Shown one piece after another: positions 14,270 to 26,500 of a stretch of DNA of 64,000 bases. Under the pieces are notes generated by a model. It saw only the letters and a program-made list of their open reading frames with translations. It had not been told where the DNA came from and ran no database searches. The position numbers and the translations under genes are program-made. Where the stretch lies: NCBI RefSeq assembly GCF_018350175.1, contig NC_058368.1, positions 134,790,001 to 134,854,000 on the forward strand. Direction: 5' to 3'. The DNA comes from Felis catus (lineage: Eukaryota). Position 1 is the first letter of the stretch; every line of letters starts with the position of its first letter.

Positions 14270-14494
14270 GGGGCGCCTGGGTGGCGCAGTCGGTTAAGCG
14301 TCCAACTTCAGCCAGGTCACGATCTCACGGTCCGGGAGTTCGAGCCCCGCGTCGGGCTCTGGGCTGATGGCTCGGAGCCTGGAGCCTGTTTCCGATTCTG
14401 TGTCTCCCTCTCTCTCTGCCACTCCCCCGTTCATGCTCTGTCTCTCTCTGTCCCAAAAATAAATAAAAAACGTTGAAAAAAAAAATTAAAAAAA
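14270..14494 (+). mobile_element. Young feline Can-SINE (SINEC_Fc-like), full length
   Basis: ggggcgcctgggtggcgcagtcggttaagcg head, B box gagttcgagcc, (CT)n region, AATAAA and poly-A tail. Perfect 15-bp TSD aaaacaggtgggccc (14254-14268 / 14495-14509). Confidence 0.97.
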
Positions 14495-16001
14495 AAAACA
14501 GGTGGGCCCATTTGCCGTGGTTGCATGTTGAGTAAAACTGCCTGTGGCATTACAGTGTCTTTCTGGAAGGGATTCTGATACAATCATGCCTTCTTGAACG
14601 TTGGCTTATTCTAGCACATATGAATGAGGTAACATGAATAAAGGAGCAGAATGCAAGGATAAATAGCTGCTTTTTAGCATTGGGTAGCAATAGGATAGGG
14701 AATATTTTTAAAAGTCAAGGGTAACTGCCTAGAGATACCTGAAGGGATGTGCTCTTTCCTCCCCTGCCCGACCCAACAGGGATACTTGTTTGATGAACAT
14801 TATACCGTACTTTATAAATCATGTCCAGATAATGTCGTCTACTATACAGTTCCAAAGCAAAAGTTAATTTTTTGTGCAACAAAAACATAAAACATTGACT
14901 CTGCATATGTATATATGGTTTTGTCAACCATTGTGTTTCATTTAGCAGATAGAAAGTATACATGCAATTGGGTCCCCCCCCCCCACCAAACTACATATTT
15001 TTAATTTGTTTGTTTTTTGAGTTAAAAAAAATTCAAAAGGAAAAATTACTTAATTTGTCCCAGAATACAAAAGATTACAGAATCCTACAAGTATCTGTGT
15101 TGGATTACCAGAGAAGATAATGTAAAAGGTGGAAAAAGGGATACCGTGTTGAGATTAGTGACACAAGATTCTGTAAAAATAATTTCTAAGCAAAATTGCA
15201 TTTGAAAACTGCCATTAGGTATAACTTTTCATTATAAGCAAAGTGATTTTCTCTTTTTAAGCCCGAATCTATTTTATAATGCTTGCTTTCTCATCTGATG
15301 CGGTGACAATAGAGATTTTTAACAGCTTTTCCTTTTTTCTTTTTACTACATGGAAAGTGGACTAAATGAAATTTTTAGCAGAATTTAAGAAAGAAACCAT
15401 GACATTGTGCATTCAGATATTAGAAAGAGCTGGCCTAAATATAAATGAGTCATTAGGAGTAACTGAAAGATTGAATAGGCAGTTGAAATGGGAGATTGTG
15501 AGGGGGCTTTGGTACTAAACTGTAGATTTTCCAGAAATGTAACCTTCTAGTCTCATTTACATACGACTGCTATGAAGTGAGAATTCAGTAGCTCCTAGTA
15601 GTTGCATGTCACATTGACAAGGAAAGTAGTTGTAAGGACAACTATGGGATTCACTTTCTTTTTGCCCACGTGTATGTTTACTTGGAAGGCTCTGCAGTGA
15701 CAGATTGTGGGACAGACAGAGAGGATAGTTCTTTTCTTGCTGTCATTGAATTCTTTAGCCCTTTTTCCCTTTTATTCCCCTCTCCTAACTTGATTTAACC
15801 TGTTTTTCGTGTTTGACTGTCTTTATTTTATTTTGAAGGTTACCCCTGAGGTCTAAGGATCAAATGCAGTCCTCCTGTTGAGATAGTGTGCCATGGGGAG
15901 TTGGCACACCCCGTAATGGGAATGGGATAGATAGAAGGTGCTCACGCCTGCCTGCCTACTAATTGTGTGGTTCTTGTCTCCTGCTCTTGCAACGTACTCT
16001 C

Positions 16002-16249
16002 TTTTTATTTTTTTAATGTTTATTTTTATTTTTATTTCTTTTTCTTTTTCTTTTCCTTTTTTGGGGGTGAGAGAGAGAGAGAGTGCAAGCAGGGGAGGAG
16101 CAGAGAGAGAGGGAGTCACAGAACCTGCAGCAGACTTCAGGCTCTGAGCTGTCAGCATAGAACCCAATGTGGGGCTCGAGCCCACAAACCCTGAGATGAT
16201 GACCTTAGCTGAAGTTGGATGCTTACTGACTGAGCCACCCTGGCACCCT
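16002..16249 (-). mobile_element. Can-SINE
   Basis: Poly-T, (GA)n and reverse head ending gagccaccctggcacccc. Confidence 0.93.
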
Positions 16250-16250
16250 T

Positions 16251-16442
16251 TAAATTTTTTTTTTTTTTAATTTATTTATTTTGAGAGGGAGAGTGTGAGC
16301 AAGCTTGTGCATGCAAGTGAAGAAGGGACAGAGAGAGAGAGAATCCCAAGAGACGTCTGTGCTGTCCAGTCAGAGCTCGATCCCATGACCTGAGTCAAGA
16401 TCAAGAGTCGGATGCCTAACTGACTGAGCCACCCAGGTGCCC
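16251..16442 (-). mobile_element. Older Can-SINE, in tandem with the previous copy
   Basis: Poly-T, (GA)n, gagtcggatgcctaactgactgagccacccaggtgccc. Confidence 0.9.
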
Positions 16443-16799
16443 TGTCTCTTCTTAAAAGAAAGTTGTCATTGAGCTTCGGCCAAAAGTAGACTTTGTGTGA
16501 GGGATTCCTTCTTACATAATAGAACCCACTTTTCCACTTTCCGTGAATGTTCCTGGAAATAAAGGTGTGAAGGTTAGCTTTTGAAATTCCTTTGAAAATC
16601 TGATAAACCTTCCACCAGTACATTTTGCGTACAGTGTCTGAGGAAGCCCAACCCGTGGATTGAATTAAATGTGTGAATTGCACATTGTTGTGTTGATTGG
16701 CCTTCGAGTCATTCATTCACCATGAATTGCATCCCTGTTTTGTGCCAGAAAGTAGTGATGAAAATCGGCATCTAGATTTGAGAGGGATAGCATGCCTTC

Positions 16800-17100
16800 T
16801 GATACCCTGGCCTTCCTCCTCCTACCTCAGGACTCTGCTTCCTTCCCTCCGCTTGGGCAGCTCTTGGGCGACCTACTGTCAGCTCTTGGCTCAAATCTCA
16901 CGGAGGCTGGCTCTGCTCTCCTTACTTCACATGGCGACATGCCCCTCTGCTTTCACAAAGCATTTACTTACCATGTTGATATTTTATCATCTGTTCCCTC
17001 TGGTAGACTGTAGGCTCCATGAGGGCGAGGGTCTTGGTTGTCCCTCCATTATCCCAAGCATCTGGAACAGTGCAGTAGGTTCTCAGTAAGTGGATAAAGG
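16800..17100 (+). mobile_element. L2 3' end remnant
   Basis: tagactgtaggctccatgagggcgaggg...cccaagcatctggaacagtgcagtaggttctcagtaa. Confidence 0.6.
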
Positions 17101-20100
17101 CTTGCTTCCGAGGTTCATCATCTAGCTGTCTCACATCCCAGGTGACTTGAAAGGAGCCATGTGCTTTGTATGTTCTACACAGGTACACAAGGCGGTGACA
17201 GCCCATCCTGTTTTTAGAAATCACAGTTTCTTTGTGCTTTCACACCATTCACATCTGAGGAACCTTGCAGCCTTGGCCATGACCGTTGCATGCCGTGTCT
17301 CCAAAGCTGTTATTTAATACTCCAGGGCTTGGGATAGGTAGTTCTGCTAGTGGGAAGTGTGTTAAGCTGATAGTGGGTACTGTCAGCCACTTAAGCAAAG
17401 TGATGAGAACGTGTGTCAAAAGCAGCAAGTGTCTTCAGGCACAGATTTTATTCCCTCTCCCCTGCTTTCACCTGCTTCCCTTTGCGTGGGGGCTAAAATT
17501 GCCAACGAGAGTGTCCCATTACACTTGGCCACAACGCAGTCAAGCCCTGTTTGACCTTCAGAGACAGCTCCCTTGCGAACAGGTGAAGGGTGTGCAAAAT
17601 GGGTGTCACGTGGTCCTTGGGGGCACCATGCTGTTGAAAGACTACACTGGCTCCTTCTGCGTTAGTCTCTTCAGACACTGGCTTTCCATCCCTGAACACA
17701 CAGCCCCATCCAGCCATGGTCCCCACTTCTTTGTACACCAAGAAATGGTGGAGGTGGAGATGTAGGGATAGAGGAATGAAAATACGTAAGTAAACCGTGC
17801 CACGGGGTCATTTCTTGAAACTGCATTTTGCGATTCTTTAATTATAAAGTCACGGTCACGTAGAATATTTAGACTAGTGAGATCCTAGGGACAAACTAGA
17901 ATCTAGTCTACTCTACAAACTAGTGATCGTGTTAGTTTGAATAGAACAAACATTGGAATCTGCTCACTTTCGAGGTCACTTAGGGGTCCGAGTTTGTACC
18001 CACCTCTATCCCCCATCTACACACCCCTTACCACCCCCATTGCAGACCCTGACCGTGAGTCCCAGGGGCCAGCTGGTTCCACATATAAAACATGAAGCAT
18101 ACATTTGGTAGGACCGATTTTAAATTTTGATCAAAACTCGTTCTAAACAGAAAAGGCAAAAAGCTTCTAACTTGTCTTTGCTTTCAATGTTCCCCCAGCC
18201 ATGTTATTTTTACATTTATCACACTCAGCATCTGAGTGCCCCTCCGTGGTTGTCATTCCCCGTCTAGAAGGCAAGGCTGTAATAAATCACATAAATTGAC
18301 TATACTGTATGGAGGTCACAGAAGATAGCGACCTGATCCCAAGTTGCACACCTTTGCTGAGACTCGTGGTCATAACTTACTGCTGTTACTCCCCCAGATA
18401 GTACCCGTGAAAGCAATCGGCTTTGCTTCACAAAGCCCTGCCTTTATGAATTCTGTTTCAGTTGCGATTAGACCTTGTCGTAACTTTCTGCACCTGTTTG
18501 CCTACTTAAGTGAGACTTGGCTGTGAGGTCAGAGCATCGTCCTGCTGATGTCCCCTGAATGGTGGGGTAAGACATCCGACTTTTGGTGCTCACTGCCCAC
18601 TCGGCTTTGTCCATGCTGCTTGTGTGAGAAAGCAAGGCCGGTTAGAGGGTATTTGAAGGTGAAGGCTGTAGAGCTCTGCCTCTGACTTCTGACCAACTGG
18701 CAAGTTTAGTCAGCATGCTAGAGATTTTTAGCCAGGTGTAAAAATGTAAGTGTTTGACCTCTGTGTTTTAGTATGAAATTAAATACATTTCCAAAGGATA
18801 TCATCAATAGAATTGATTGGAGACTAGGTCCGGAGGAGACAAATGTGCTAATTATTTGTGATAAGATCAGATGTGCCTGACCACTTCTCTTACAATCCCA
18901 GAATATATTACTCCTGTGTTAAGTTACATATTATAGTTCTCCCCTCTTGAGTGTCAGCACTGCTGTTCTTTTTTGCTAGATTCTTGACTTTTAAGACATT
19001 TTTCCTGCGAATTTGAAATTTAGTTATTTGTCTCCCCAGAAATGTGAAGAGAAAGGAGAGTAATCCCAATGAACAATTTCCATATCCTTGAGAAGAAAAT
19101 TGACAGAGAAAAGCTTCTCACCTTGGCTGCTTTTTACCAGAAAAGTTCTGCTGGGAGCTGGCTGGCCATGTTCGTTCGGAACTCTAGGCAAACCCTGATG
19201 GCAGATGAGTAGGGAGCATCCCTTGGTACCCTCACACAGAGAGGAAGACATTCCTCCCTCCTTCTTCCAGTCTCTTATTTGACCAGAAGGGCTCTGTTTT
19301 CTCTTTTCCAGGACAGTTAAGTTCAAGGTTACAGATAAGACATTATTTGAGGAAAAGATTTCTGCCGTGTTACCATGACCTGTGTCACGTAGAATCACAG
19401 AGCTTTGGTACGGAAGTGATACTTTCTTAGGTGAGATATATGTTCAGATGATTTCCTCAAGGGTTCTGGCTATCGACATTTCATTATGTGCTCTTTTTTC
19501 CAACATGGGTAAAACGTCCAGTGTCCCTATCTGTACAACCTAAACAAAGCCTCCACACCTCTGCCTCAAACAGGATCTTTGTCAAGTGGAGTGAGCCTCT
19601 TCTGTGTCCTAGCCACCCAGCTAATGGTGATGCTCTAATGAAATTTTCTTTATCATAAAAATAGAACTCTGTCTTGCGAAAATGTTTCCTTTTGCATTTA
19701 GTCGTCAGTAGATTCTTTGATAACTTTGAGGTCAGTCTTTCTGGTTTCTAGGTGAACGCATCTTTGTCAAAGACAGGAGAAATGCTGATTAATAAGTACT
19801 TCTTCCCAAAGTCAGGGTTTGAGAAAATAATCGAAATTACTAAGTTTAACAACAAATGGTGCCTTGCATCTGCTAAGTAGCATCCAGAAAGGGGAGAATT
19901 TTGTATCTCTGGCAAGAAAGAATAGCAAATATGTGATGCCATACACATATCCATGTTTTTCTTTGTAAAACAGATGTTAGCAGTACAGCTGACTGTTGTT
20001 TGTATGTGTATCTTCGTTGCAAACACATTTCCATGAGGAATGACACAAAATTGGTTTGAAGGCTGAGGTAGGGGGAAAAATAACTTGGTGTGATGGCTGG

Positions 20101-20830
20101 AAACGAGAAGCATAATTGCATGATGGATTATATCTAATGTTTTGAGGTCTTGGTCAGTTTTATAGCATTGAGTACCAAAACAGTTCTTAGGCTTTCATTG
20201 AAACTAATCTAAATAGAGAAGGTCAAGGTGCACTAGAAGTTGGCTTTATTTTCATTTCTTGGGTATAATCCCTAAAATGTCAAGTTTAACAAGATAGCTG
20301 TCAGAATACTTTATAAATGTGTTATTCTTACTTACTAATTTCTATAAACGGCCACCGTATTTTGTTTTTACTATGATAATTCCATGCACTCTACATTGTT
20401 AAAATGTTCTGATAAAATAGAACTTTGCACTTGAAAACAAAAACAAGCAGCAGATCTTCCTGTTTAATTATGTATGCACAACTTTGTCCCAGTGGCTTTC
20501 TGCCATCGAAAGCATGGCTGTCACTTTCAGGAATACCTTTTCTGGATACTTCTTGCTTGGAGGTATTTGCATTCATCTGTTCATCTATTTTCAGTTGATA
20601 GCTTGTATTATGCGGTGCCTATGGATTCATCTATCCCGTCACAGTTTGAGGCATACTGAAGTTCTGACTGTGAATTTATTACACTGCATTGTAGGAGACT
20701 GTTGGTAATTTGATGATCAAATGTGATATCCAAGATAGTAAAGATGTTGGTATAAGTGAAATATAAATCTCTATGATACATTATTAGAGTCAGAAATTCC
20801 ACTCTACTTTGCTTCCTCTAAATTCCTTAA

Positions 20831-21319
20831 TCCTTCTTCCTCTTCCTGCCCTTCTCCTCCTCCTCCCCTTCCTCCTCCTCCTCCTCCTCCTCCTCCTCTC
20901 CCTCCTCCTCCTCCCCCTTCCTCTCTCTCCCTCCCTCCCTTCTTCTTCTTCTTCCTCCTTCTCATCCTCCCTCCTCCTCCTCCCCCCTCCTCCCCCTCCT
21001 CCTCATCCCTCCTCCTCCTCCCCCTCCCTCTCTCTCCCTCCCTCCCTCCCTCCCTTCTTTTTCTTCCTCCTCCTCCTCCCTCCTCCTCCCTCCCCTCCCC
21101 CTCCTGCTCCTCCCCCTCCCTCCCTCTCTCTCTCCCTCCCTCTCTCTTTCCCTCCCTCCCTCCCTCCCTCCTTCTTTTTCCTCCTCCCTCCCTCTCCGTC
21201 CTCCACCTCCTCCTCCTCCCTCCTCTCCCTCCCTCACTTTCTTCTTCTTCTTCTTCTTCTTCTTCTTCCTCCTCCTCCTCCTCCTCCTTCCTCCTCCTCC
21301 TCCTCCTCCTCCTCCTCCT
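20831..21319. repeat. ~490 bp compound polypyrimidine tract, (CCT)n/(CTT)n/(CCCT)n/(CT)n
   Basis: Almost purely C and T on the + strand, with only a handful of purines. Confidence 0.97.
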
Positions 21320-21378
21320 GAGCCCCTCCCCATCCTAGTGTTGTCTAGTTGTAAAAATAAGAAGTAGATACTGTCTCT

Positions 21379-21541
21379 GGGTACCTGGGTGGCTCAGTCA
21401 GTTGAGCTTCCAACTTGGCTCAAGTCATGATCTCCCGATCTGTGAGTCTGAGCCTCCCGTTGGGCTCTGTGCTGACAGCTCAGAACCTGGACCCTGCTTC
21501 AGATTCGGTGTCCATCTCTCTCTCTCTGCTCCTCCCTCACT

Positions 21542-21596
<55 letters not shown>

Positions 21597-21624
21597 TCTC
21601 TCAAAAACAAATAAATGTTAAAAA
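21379..21624 (+). mobile_element. Can-SINE with expanded (CT)n
   Basis: gggtacctgggtggctcagtcagttgagc head. Perfect 17-bp TSD aagtagatactgtctct (21362-21378 / 21625-21641). Confidence 0.95.
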
Positions 21625-23094
21625 AAGTAGATACTGTCTCTTCTGAGTTTTGGCTGTATTTTTGCTTTAACCTCATACTGACACTTGGTCAGTAAAACTT
21701 TCTCCATTCCTACTCATAAGAATTGCTGGAGAAACAAAACCCAGAAAACTTAAGTTGTCATTAGTAGTCGTTCATTAGTACTTCAGCCCAGAATCCAGAA
21801 GAAGGGTAAATGGCGAAGGGACTTGGATGGAAACCCAAGCTGGGATGATTGGGCACATGTGCGCTCGCGTGACCTCCCTGCAAGATCTGATATGGAGGTT
21901 GGGCCAGGAAATCGGATGGGATTATTGCTAATGAAAGTGCCATATTGATACCAAGGGCTTTTTTTTTTTTTTTTTTTTTGCAAAACTGTGCACCGTATGA
22001 TCTTAAGATATATTTCACCAGTGTGAGAACTTACGCTCTCCCTCTGTTGGTGGTCACTGAGGAATGGCTGACATCTAAATTAGTTTGTGACTCCCATTGT
22101 GACATATTGTAGTTCATGAGTGAATTAAGAGACACTCATGGAATGCCTCCCTTGCGCTGTGTCTGTGTGGTGTAGTTCAATGTGTTGACATGATAGGCGC
22201 TCAGAGTTCTTAAGTATTTGTCTAGTGGGTTTTTGGTTAAGTTTTCCAAGGCAGGTAGAGAGGGTGATGGTGTTAACATTTGTCTATTCCAATTAGAAAG
22301 ATTTGTTTCTTCAGAGCTCTTCAAATTTATGTGATGGAAGTATTAGAATATGTGCCCAAGAGGCAACACATGAGCACAGGCGTTGGGCAAGGCTGCATTG
22401 TAAAGTCAGCCAGATTGTTGGGGTCGTCCTCATCCTACAAGCTTTATCCTGAGGAAGGAAGCTGCCATATGGCGCCACAACTCAGACTCGGCACACGGTA
22501 CCATTGCCAAAGCAAGGAGCCCTCGCACTGGTTCCCACTTGCTCTTGGTTCTTGGAAAATTCGTTTTTCAAAATTACTTAAAGTTGTGAGTAAGATCATC
22601 TATTGTGAATCCGCATTCAACACCCCGGGTTTATTTTTATCCTATTTTTTAAAATAATTTTTAATGTTTAAGAATGTTGCGTCTTTATCAGTGAACAGTT
22701 CATTTGAAATAGATCTTTCCATCCCTGTGTCCTAATGGTAGAAACATAGTTGAATATTTGTATCGTTACTTTATAATTTGAAAGTATTTCACAACGTTGC
22801 TGACTTGCTTTTTCAGGTAGCCAAAAAATAAATTTCCTATTTTTTGAAGGAGAAAGATTCAGAAAGGTTAGAGCAAAAAGACTTTATTGCTAAATAATAC
22901 TGAGTATCTACTGAGTACCAAGGAGTGAGATTTAGTGCATTTGGTTAGGACATATCAAAAGTATATATTATTGTCATTGTACCACACTTTCCCCATGGTT
23001 GTATTTAAATGTGGAAAATGCCTTTTTCAAAATGTGCCTTAAATTAACAAATATCATCAAGACTTTGTTATAAAAAAAAAGTACCTGAAAAGTT

Positions 23095-23226
23095 TGCAGA
23101 CTTACTGTTTGCCAGGCGTTTTGCTAGACATGTCAGAGATATTTTTCATTTGATTCTTGTATCCGCCCTGCACAGATTGCATTCTGACCATTATTTTCCC
23201 GATTAAGAAGGTAAAGCTCAGGGGAC
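23095..23226 (-). mobile_element. MIR remnant
   Basis: cttactgtttgccaggcgttttgcta...tcatttgattctt...aaagctcagggg. Confidence 0.55.
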
Positions 23227-24116
23227 TGCAAATATTTAGAAAGGAGGGGGCTCCGTAGAAGGAGCATTCAGAGGGTTCAGAAACACTCCAGCAAGCCCTT
23301 GTGTGGTTCTGGGTAAGCAGTCCTTTGTGAAGTTATCAGTAACTGAAGAAACCAGATAGTTGGAGCTTTTTGGGTGGTCTTCAATTATGTTTGTTTTATC
23401 AGTTAAGTTTCACTGGCTGTTACATTCATACAGCCACACAACAAATTACCTTTGTTTTACATACAACTCACAGCATTTTCTTATGTCTCTTAAATACATT
23501 CAAGGGTTGCATCACAAGGAGACTGATGAGGCCAGGAAACCAAGACAAAGTTTTGGGTCTATGTGTGTATATGCAGTTTTCATGGGGGAAGAAATAAACC
23601 TTGATCAGATACTCCAAAGTTACGTGCCATGGTTAAACGGTTTCACTTCCATATCTGTTATTTTGGAAGAAGTTTATGTCTGTTTCAGGTGTTTACCTGA
23701 ATTTGAAATTTTCTTCTTTCTCACTTACAGTTATATCATTTTGATTGAAATGGAGCACAGGCTGGTTATTACCTGTTTAAAAGCCAAAAAGCTGAGTGTG
23801 TCCAGCATAAGAATTAGGTATTTTGGCATATGGACGCTGGCTGCTTGAAATCCAGAAGTACGGGAAATTCCAAGTGGACTCAAATGAATCTGAAGTCTTA
23901 AACCTAAGTTGTGTCACAGTTAGCAGTAAACGCCACTTTAAAGTCTGGCTAATGACTGAATTCCTTTGAATGTCAAGCTTTATTTCTCAGGAAAGTCAGT
24001 CAGTCCTCGCCAAGTTTCTTACATAAACATTGTGTTTCTGTTTCCAGAATCCCAAGGACAGGAGGGTAGGTGAGAGCACGTGAAAGGCACAGGTGAATTT
24101 TATTTCTGGGTGTTTA

Positions 24117-24333
24117 TTTTATTTTTATTTTTATTTTTTAAGGTTTATTTATTTTTGAGACAGAGAGAGACAGAGCATGAACAGGGGAGGGTCAGAGAGA
24201 GGGAGACACAGAATCTGAAACAGGCTCCGAGCGGTCAGCACAGAGCCCGATGCGGGGCTCGAACTCACGGACCGCGAGATCGTGACCTGAGCCGAAGTCG
24301 GACGCTTAACTGACCGAGCCACCCAGGCGCCAC
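24117..24333 (-). mobile_element. Feline Can-SINE (SINEC_Fc-like)
   Basis: CpG-rich reverse head ...ccacccaggcgcc. 16-bp TSD tatttctgggtgttta (24101-24116 / 24334-24349). Confidence 0.96.
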
Positions 24334-25149
24334 TATTTCTGGGTGTTTAAAAGGACCATGTGATCTTGCATAGAGATAGTCTCTCCGAGGCAATGAGTGC
24401 CAGCAAAACTTCTTGGATGCTTTTATTTGGACTCATGTCTTTATACTTGAAAACATGTGCAAGTTTCCTGATTTACAAAGGTGTCTGCCGGGTGGTCCGG
24501 ACACAGCCTCTTGAGACTTCTCACTAGAGTTCCTAAGAAAATCACTTGGAGTTTTATAAAAATGAGAAATGGCTACTGTAAACTAAACAGAAGTGGGTTT
24601 CAAAGCAGAGAGTAAGTCCTGGCCCCCTGTAAATAGCTGGGTGGGGCCATGTGCTCCCCCCTCCCCCCACCTGTAATTCACAAGGAGCTCAGGCATCTGT
24701 CCCTAGAGTGCCCTTCCCGTCTTCTTTCTCATGTCACCCGAAGGTGCTTTCTTATGTAGTGGGAGAGGTCCTAGCTCCGCAAAGAATGGGGCGAAGCTGG
24801 GATCTTGGGACAGGGGTATTACTGTTACATCCTGCCATTGTCCCTCCACAAAAGTAAAGTGTCCAAGGTGGGAAAGAGTTAGAAAGACCTGCGTTGACTG
24901 AGGGTTTGAGCACTCTGATCAAGTTCTCCATCGTTGAGCATCTCAGGAAGCCAGGCAGTGAAGGCAGAAGAAGGTTTTCTTTCAGGCCAGGGAAATGACA
25001 TTGGAACGAAAACCACACTGGGAATTGGCCTGGGAACTGTTCATCTCAACCGGACAGGCGACTCCAGTTCTGAAGCCAGCGCCCAGTGGATCAGGAGTAG
25101 CTCAGAGTAAACACCAGGCCTGGGTAGATTTCTCCTTGCTTCGTGATCA

Positions 25150-26000
25150 CGAAACAGGAGAAACATAGCTTAGCCTGATCAACAGGGTTGCTCCATAAAG
25201 GAAAGGGGAGATCAAATAGAAGACTGGAAGAAAGAACAGACCTCCAGCAATGATTTATTGCTTCAGAATGACACGGCCCTGATGAAAGAGGGGCAGAAAG
25301 CAGTTAGATGTTCATGAGTTAAAAAAAATAACAAAAAACGAGGGGATGGATGAAATGGAAGTGAAACCATAAAAAGTGATCGTAAAGAAATTAAAAACGT
25401 GATAGTACATTAAAATCCATATGGGAGACCATTAGGAGTAGAATTAACGCAGTTGAAAAGAAATTTAGTGTCGTAAAGAAGAAATGCAGATACAGCTCTT
25501 CTGGCATCCAAAGAAAAAGAAAAATGAGGGAGAAAGATGATGGATGCATAGAAAGGAGATATAACATGAGAATTGCAGGTGCTGATAAACAGGAAATCCT
25601 ATCAAGCGAAAAAGAGCAACATAATAAAAATAACCTTGCATGCATGTGTGCACATTTGAAAGTGTTCTCCACATTGTTGGTATGAAATCAGTGGAAGGCC
25701 TCTTCTGGATACATTTTGGCCAAAAAAAAAAAAAAAAGTTTTACATGTAAAAATATTAAAGCCTCTAGTCACAATATCTAGTTAAGTACCAGGCTTCCTT
25801 CTCCTTTGTAGCTGTCCGTGCCAAAAGATTGTAGTTTGCTGTCAGTAGAGTTTTGAGGACAAAGATGGCAGCTTGAGAATTTAGGGTGTTGCTTCCTTGT
25901 ATTTCACATGGAAAGGCAATTGACAGACACTCTTTATCCTGTCAGCAAGAGCTCAGACACATACACGAAACTTCTCGTCTCACATGGGAGGACCTAAACA
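25150..26000 (+). mobile_element. Possible ancient L1/HAL1 ORF1-like remnant
   Basis: Purine- and A-rich degenerate text typical of old L1 ORF1. No open frame, and the family is not securely recognised. Confidence 0.3.
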
Positions 26001-26289
26001 TTGCTCTTCATTTAAACTTTGTAATGAGAAAGGCAGAGGTTGATTACCTGGAAGAACAGTTACCCAAAGGATAAAACTGTCAGGGGTGTATTTCCCAAAT
26101 ACCTAGAAATTAAAGTGCATGTTCCCAAACGCAGACTACAGAGACAGTGTGAAAATATTATTGCCGTGGGGAAGATACTTACCTTGTGTGAAAAATTTAA
26201 GGAAATACATGTATAAGCATACATAGGTACCTGTGTATACACACACAAATCTGGAAGTGTGGATTTATACGTACCTATATTGTGTGTTC

Positions 26290-26500
26290 AGCAAATGCTA
26301 GTTCTGCTTCAGGTGCTGTGCTAATAACATTTTACTACGTTAAATTGTTACTTTTCATAGGAATTCTGGGACATTGGCCTTATTATTATACCTGTTGTAA
26401 AGGAAAAGAAATTAAAGTTGAATTAAATGATAGCCCAAGCTCACACAGCTAGTGGAGGAGTTGGGATTTGACCCCAGACCGTCCGCCTGGTGCCCCACTG
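26290..26500 (-). mobile_element. MIR remnant
   Basis: gcccaagctcacacagctagtggaggagttgggatttgaccccagac. Confidence 0.65.

Noticed and set aside
14270..14350. tRNA-like A/B box sequence
   Set aside because: It is the tRNA-derived head of a Can-SINE, not a tRNA gene.
20809..21333. Poly-Pro/Leu/Ser and poly-Gly/Glu/Arg ORFs
   Set aside because: These are translations of the simple-repeat pyrimidine tract.
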